Shown: positions 60,621 through 64,000 of the stretch, one piece after another
Numbering within the stretch: the first letter of the stretch is position 1
Layout: each line of letters opens with the position of its first letter
From: an uncultured delta proteobacterium
GTDB lineage: Bacteria > Myxococcota_A > Polyangia > Polyangiales > Polyangiaceae
Reading direction: 5' to 3'
Assembly: GCA_963782055.1 (NCBI GenBank)
Contig: CAWAIF010000003.1
Span: 3,520,001-3,584,000, forward strand
DNA: 64,000 bases
The notes under the pieces: generated by a model
The model's database searches: none
What the model saw: only the letters and a program-made list of their open reading frames with translations
Told to the model about the DNA's origin: nothing
Position numbers and translations under genes: made by a program

Positions 60621-60985
60621 GACTCACCCGCGGCGAGGGCGAGACGCGCGAGCCGGACCGCCTCGGCGGACTCCGCTTCGCGACCCTTTGCGAGGAGCCG
60701 CCTCGCCTCGGCCGGCGTGATCGAGCCGAGCACGTAGCGGCCAGTCGCGCGCTCGTAGTGCACACCCTCCGCCGGCGATCGGAGCCCCATGCGAGCGGCG
60801 ATCCGTGCGTGCTCCGGGCTCTTTGTCGAGGGTCTGGGCTTCGTCGCGAGGATCTTCTTCGCCTGCTCCCTCGAGATCGGGCCCAGGGTGAAGAGGCCTC
60901 CCGCGAATGTCGAGACGGGCGCCTCGCCGTGGAAGACGCCCATGCGCCGATCGATCTCCTGCTGTTCTGCGGTCCGCTTCTTCAT
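60617..60985 (-). CDS. Hypothetical element protein
   Basis: ATGA overlap; GGGAG SD. Confidence 0.6.
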   Translation of the reverse strand: MKKRTAEQQEIDRRMGVFHGEAPVSTFAGGLFTLGPISREQAKKILATKPRPSTKSPEHARIAARMGLRSPAEGVHYERATGRYVLGSITPAEARRLLAKGREAESAEAVRLARLALAAGES

Positions 60986-61782
60986 CGGAGCAACTCCCTC
61001 TCCGCGCTGGTGCGCTTGAGATCCAAGGCCGCAACCTCGGAGTCATCCGCCGGCGCCTGGCGCCTCCCGCGCGGCGGCGCGGGGGCCTTAGGGGCGCGTG
61101 CAGCCTTTTTCGCCTCGGCCTTCTTCGCGATGAGCGCGGCCTCAGCGTCGCGGGCCGCGGCGTACCCATCGACGCGGCACACGCGCGAGCGCAGCGACTC
61201 TCCGCGAGCGCGCACGATCTCGGGGTCGATCGAAGCGTGGAGCCGAACGACTGCGCGCTCCACGGCTCGCTCGAGCTCCGCCACGGAGTCGCCGAACTCG
61301 AGCGGCCCGCAGGTCGAGCGCCCGACGCGGGCGATCAGGCTGTCCGCCAGCGGGCCCGCGTGGTCCGTCTCGTACTGCGTGAACGCCGGCGACCCGTGCA
61401 TCGCGACCCTCTCGTCGCCGTGCGCCGCCGCTGCAATCAGGTGCCACGCCGAGAGCTCGCCACCGAGTTCTTCGCGAGCGCGCCGGATGATCTCGCCGGC
61501 GTTCCGGATGACCTCCGCCCAGCTCGCGCGCTTGCCGTCGCACGCGGCGATCGCGTCGCGCCAGTCGGAGACGAGCGAGAGAATTTCGGCCTCCTGCCGC
61601 GCGCGGGCCGCGGCGGCGGCGGCCTCGGCGTCTTTGATCCGGGCGGAGTGCTCGCTCGTCATTGCGAGCCGCGCCGCCCGGTGGACGTGGTCGAGTGCGG
61701 AGAGCTCGTCCAGGCACGAGCGGGTGAGGTCGTCCAGCGCGCGAGCGCGTTCGGCGTGCGAGGTGTGGGTCACGTCGGTCAT
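60982..61782 (-). CDS. Hypothetical helical element protein
   Basis: ATGA overlap; Ala/Arg-rich, coiled-coil-like. Confidence 0.6.
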   Translation of the reverse strand: MTDVTHTSHAERARALDDLTRSCLDELSALDHVHRAARLAMTSEHSARIKDAEAAAAAARARQEAEILSLVSDWRDAIAACDGKRASWAEVIRNAGEIIRRAREELGGELSAWHLIAAAAHGDERVAMHGSPAFTQYETDHAGPLADSLIARVGRSTCGPLEFGDSVAELERAVERAVVRLHASIDPEIVRARGESLRSRVCRVDGYAAARDAEAALIAKKAEAKKAARAPKAPAPPRGRRQAPADDSEVAALDLKRTSAERELLR

Positions 61783-62030
61783 GCGGACACCCTGCTCCCG
61801 TCGGAGTCTACAGTTGTGGAATTCGTCGGAGGCGCGAGCCACGACGCGGGCGCGATGGCGTACACCTCGGCGAGGCGAACGGCGACGCGGAGCCCGGGCA
61901 GTCGCGTCCCCGCGAGAAGGGAGTAGAGGGTCGCGCGCTTGATCCGTGTGTGGTGCAGGACGAGCGTCAAGCCGTCGCGCGCGACCACGGCGGCGAGCGC
62001 CTCACGGCCTGCACTTCGCGCGGGGGTCAC
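61779..62030 (-). CDS. Small Cro/XRE-like HTH protein
   Basis: IKRATLYSLLAGTRLPGLRVAVRLAEVYAIAPASW; GTGA overlap. Confidence 0.65.
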   Translation of the reverse strand: MTPARSAGREALAAVVARDGLTLVLHHTRIKRATLYSLLAGTRLPGLRVAVRLAEVYAIAPASWLAPPTNSTTVDSDGSRVSA

Positions 62031-62191
62031 GGCTCGTTGCCCTCCGGCGCGGGCGCCGGCGCGCGCGAGGGCTCCGCGGCGGGGCGCGGGGCTCCGCACG
62101 TGGGGCACCGCCCCTTCTTGCGGGCGAGCTCCGCCAGTAGGCGCCTCGCGAGCGACGCCGCCGGCGAGCTCGGGGCTTCGGGCGCCCTCAC
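62027..62191 (-). CDS. Small hypothetical protein with CPTCG
   Basis: GTGA overlaps at both ends. Confidence 0.45.
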   Translation of the reverse strand: MRAPEAPSSPAASLARRLLAELARKKGRCPTCGAPRPAAEPSRAPAPAPEGNEP

Positions 62192-62772
62192 GGCTTCATG
62201 CCCTCCAGCGCCGCAGCAACGGCCCCCATCGCCTCCGGGTAAGGCTCGAGCGCATCGCCGATCGCGACCTGGATCCTCGCAAACGTGGGCGTGCTCAAGA
62301 TCCGCCGATCGAGTGCGGCGCCGTCGATCTTGTCCAGGATGGCCAGCGACGCGCAGCACGAAGAGACGACGCGCGCGCGGGCGGACGGAGGCAGGCCCGC
62401 GGCTCCCTTGGCCCGGAGCGCCCCTAGCAGCCCGGCGATCGTCTTCCGGAGCTCGCTAGCCACCTCGTCCACGTCGAGCGCGTCGGAGTCGCTCTCGCCC
62501 ACCGAAGGAGGGTCACCCTCCTTTTCCCTGCGCGGCGGGGCCTGGCTGGCCTCAGGGAGCGCCGGGCCGCACGCCTGGTCCCAGGCGCCCACCGGGATGG
62601 CGTAAGCGGCCTCAAGGGCCCGCCTGGCGGCCGCGCCGGGCCTGCTCCGGCACTTCGTCCAGTGGTGCGCCGAGGTGACGGAGGCGCCCGCCGCCGTCGC
62701 GATTTCCTCGAGGGTGAGGCCAAGCCGGGAGAGCAGATCGGCGCCGAGGTTGGCCTTGTCGTGTCGGGTCAT
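62188..62772 (-). CDS. HTH-domain element protein
   Basis: LTLEEIATAAGASVTSAHHWTKCRSRP...LEAAYAIPVGAW; AGGTGA SD. Confidence 0.65.
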   Translation of the reverse strand: MTRHDKANLGADLLSRLGLTLEEIATAAGASVTSAHHWTKCRSRPGAAARRALEAAYAIPVGAWDQACGPALPEASQAPPRREKEGDPPSVGESDSDALDVDEVASELRKTIAGLLGALRAKGAAGLPPSARARVVSSCCASLAILDKIDGAALDRRILSTPTFARIQVAIGDALEPYPEAMGAVAAALEGMKP

Positions 62773-63138
62773 GTCGTTTTCACCTGTGAAGGTTTGAGTT
62801 TTCGGAAGCGGCCAGTTCCACGCGACGCACCCCCCGGTGTTGTGCTCCCCACCACTGTTGAAGGGGGGGTCATGGTCACCAGGGCGGGCCACGGCGGCGC
62901 AGTCGAAGCGTGGGCGCGTGGGCAACGTGGGTACCCACGCCGTGTGCCCACCCGTCCACGCCCCAAGCGTGGGCGTGGGCACGCAGGGGGGGTAACCCCC
63001 GCAGGCCTGTCGCTCCCCTGGCACTGTTTGTGAGGGGGGGTGCATGGGCTCGTGCTGCCCCTCTGCTCTGCCCACGTTGCCCTGTGCGGGCCTCGCTCGA
63101 GGGGGGCGGGCCGGCGTGCATGGTGGGGGCAGGCCAGC

Positions 63139-64000
63139 TCACGGCCGCGCCTCGTGGGTTGAGTCCTCGGTGGCGGCAGTCCCGCTCTCCACACACCCCT
63201 CAGAGGTTGACGACGGACTGGACTCCTTAAGGCTGGAGTCCGAGTCCTCCGTCAAACCAGCCGGACTCAGTCCGCCGTTAGTCCTCGGTGAGTCCTTCAG
63301 TCCTCCGTCAACGCGAGGGGCAGCGCCCGGACGGAACTCGGACGAGCGGCCGACCTTGGCGCGGTGGATCTCGCCGGCCTCGATGGCCCCCTGGACAGCG
63401 AGGGCCACCGTGGACTTCATGGCGCGGACGGCCATCCGGATCGCGTCGACGCTGGCCAGGGGGGCACCGTTGGCGCAGGCGCGCGCGACGGCGGCTACCA
63501 CCTTGGGCTGGACCACTCGCAGGGCGGCGGCCTCCTGGGCGGCGGCCTTCTCAGCCCGAACGTGCTCGATGCGCTCGGCGCTGAAGAGCTTGATGGCCAG
63601 CCCGCTCTTCGGCCCGAAGTCGCCGGGCACGTCCTGGATCTCGACGTTCAGATCGTCCACGAGCTCGCCGTGCTCGCGGGCCTTCTCGCAGGCGATCTTG
63701 ATGGGCTCGCCCTTCTGCGCGGTGAACACGTAGATCGCGTCGCAGCCGTCGTAGAAGCCGGAAGATCCACGGATGGTGAACTTGGCGCCGGCGTCGTCTT
63801 GCTGGGGCTTGCGCGCGTGGTGGATGACGATGGCGCGGCACCCGGTTTCCTCGGAGAGAGAGCCGAGCAGGTCCAGCGAGCGACGCACCTCCGAGCTGTT
63901 CTCGTCCACGTCAGGGCACGCCGCGCGCCATGAGTCGATGACGATGAGCGCGCGCCCCTTCATGAGCGACACCCACCGATCGCGGTGCTCGGCGACGAGC
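63139..64000 (-). CDS. AAA_25/RepA-like replicative helicase, C-terminal part (5' end outside the window)
   Basis: LIVIDS (Walker B), DENS, IVIHHARK, IRGSSG motifs. Confidence 0.85.
   Translation of the reverse strand, partial: LVAEHRDRWVSLMKGRALIVIDSWRAACPDVDENSSEVRRSLDLLGSLSEETGCRAIVIHHARKPQQDDAGAKFTIRGSSGFYDGCDAIYVFTAQKGEPIKIACEKAREHGELVDDLNVEIQDVPGDFGPKSGLAIKLFSAERIEHVRAEKAAAQEAAALRVVQPKVVAAVARACANGAPLASVDAIRMAVRAMKSTVALAVQGAIEAGEIHRAKVGRSSEFRPGAAPRVDGGLKDSPRTNGGLSPAGLTEDSDSSLKESSPSSTSEGCVESGTAATEDSTHEARP

Larger units (their letters stand above)
56659..64000. mobile_element. Integrated phage-satellite-like or prophage element (continues past the right edge)
   Basis: Integrase at the tRNA 3' end, several HTH regulators, a chain of short overlapping ORFs, an AAA replication helicase and less host-like codon usage. 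Confidence 0.85.

Overview
High-GC chromosomal segment whose gene content points to a myxobacterium, probably Polyangia/Sorangiineae-like (inferred from a MYXO-CTERM-type protein, Ser/Thr kinases with PEGA-like partners and Cys-rich lipoproteins). Core content: zwf-opcA-pgl, CIRCE-controlled groES-groEL, greA, bamD, yfgM/bamB-like genes, dut, guaA and three tRNAs (Glu-CTC, Gln-CTG, Gly-CCC). A 28-bp XerCD dif-like site at 38740-38767 suggests the window spans the replication terminus. Four things stand out: (1) a cobalamin-dependent radical SAM gene followed by two paralogous lipoproteins sharing an invariant GYAVVDPMP motif and a 38-aa ORF carrying only their leader motif, a candidate protein-modification system; (2) a ~510-nt hairpin-dense intergenic unit with its own extended -10 box and terminator, a candidate large ncRNA; (3) a phage-satellite-like element integrated at tRNA-Gly whose integrase ORF reads through the attachment site; (4) several small ORFs missed by the ORF track. 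All calls come from reading motifs by eye; no searches were run.
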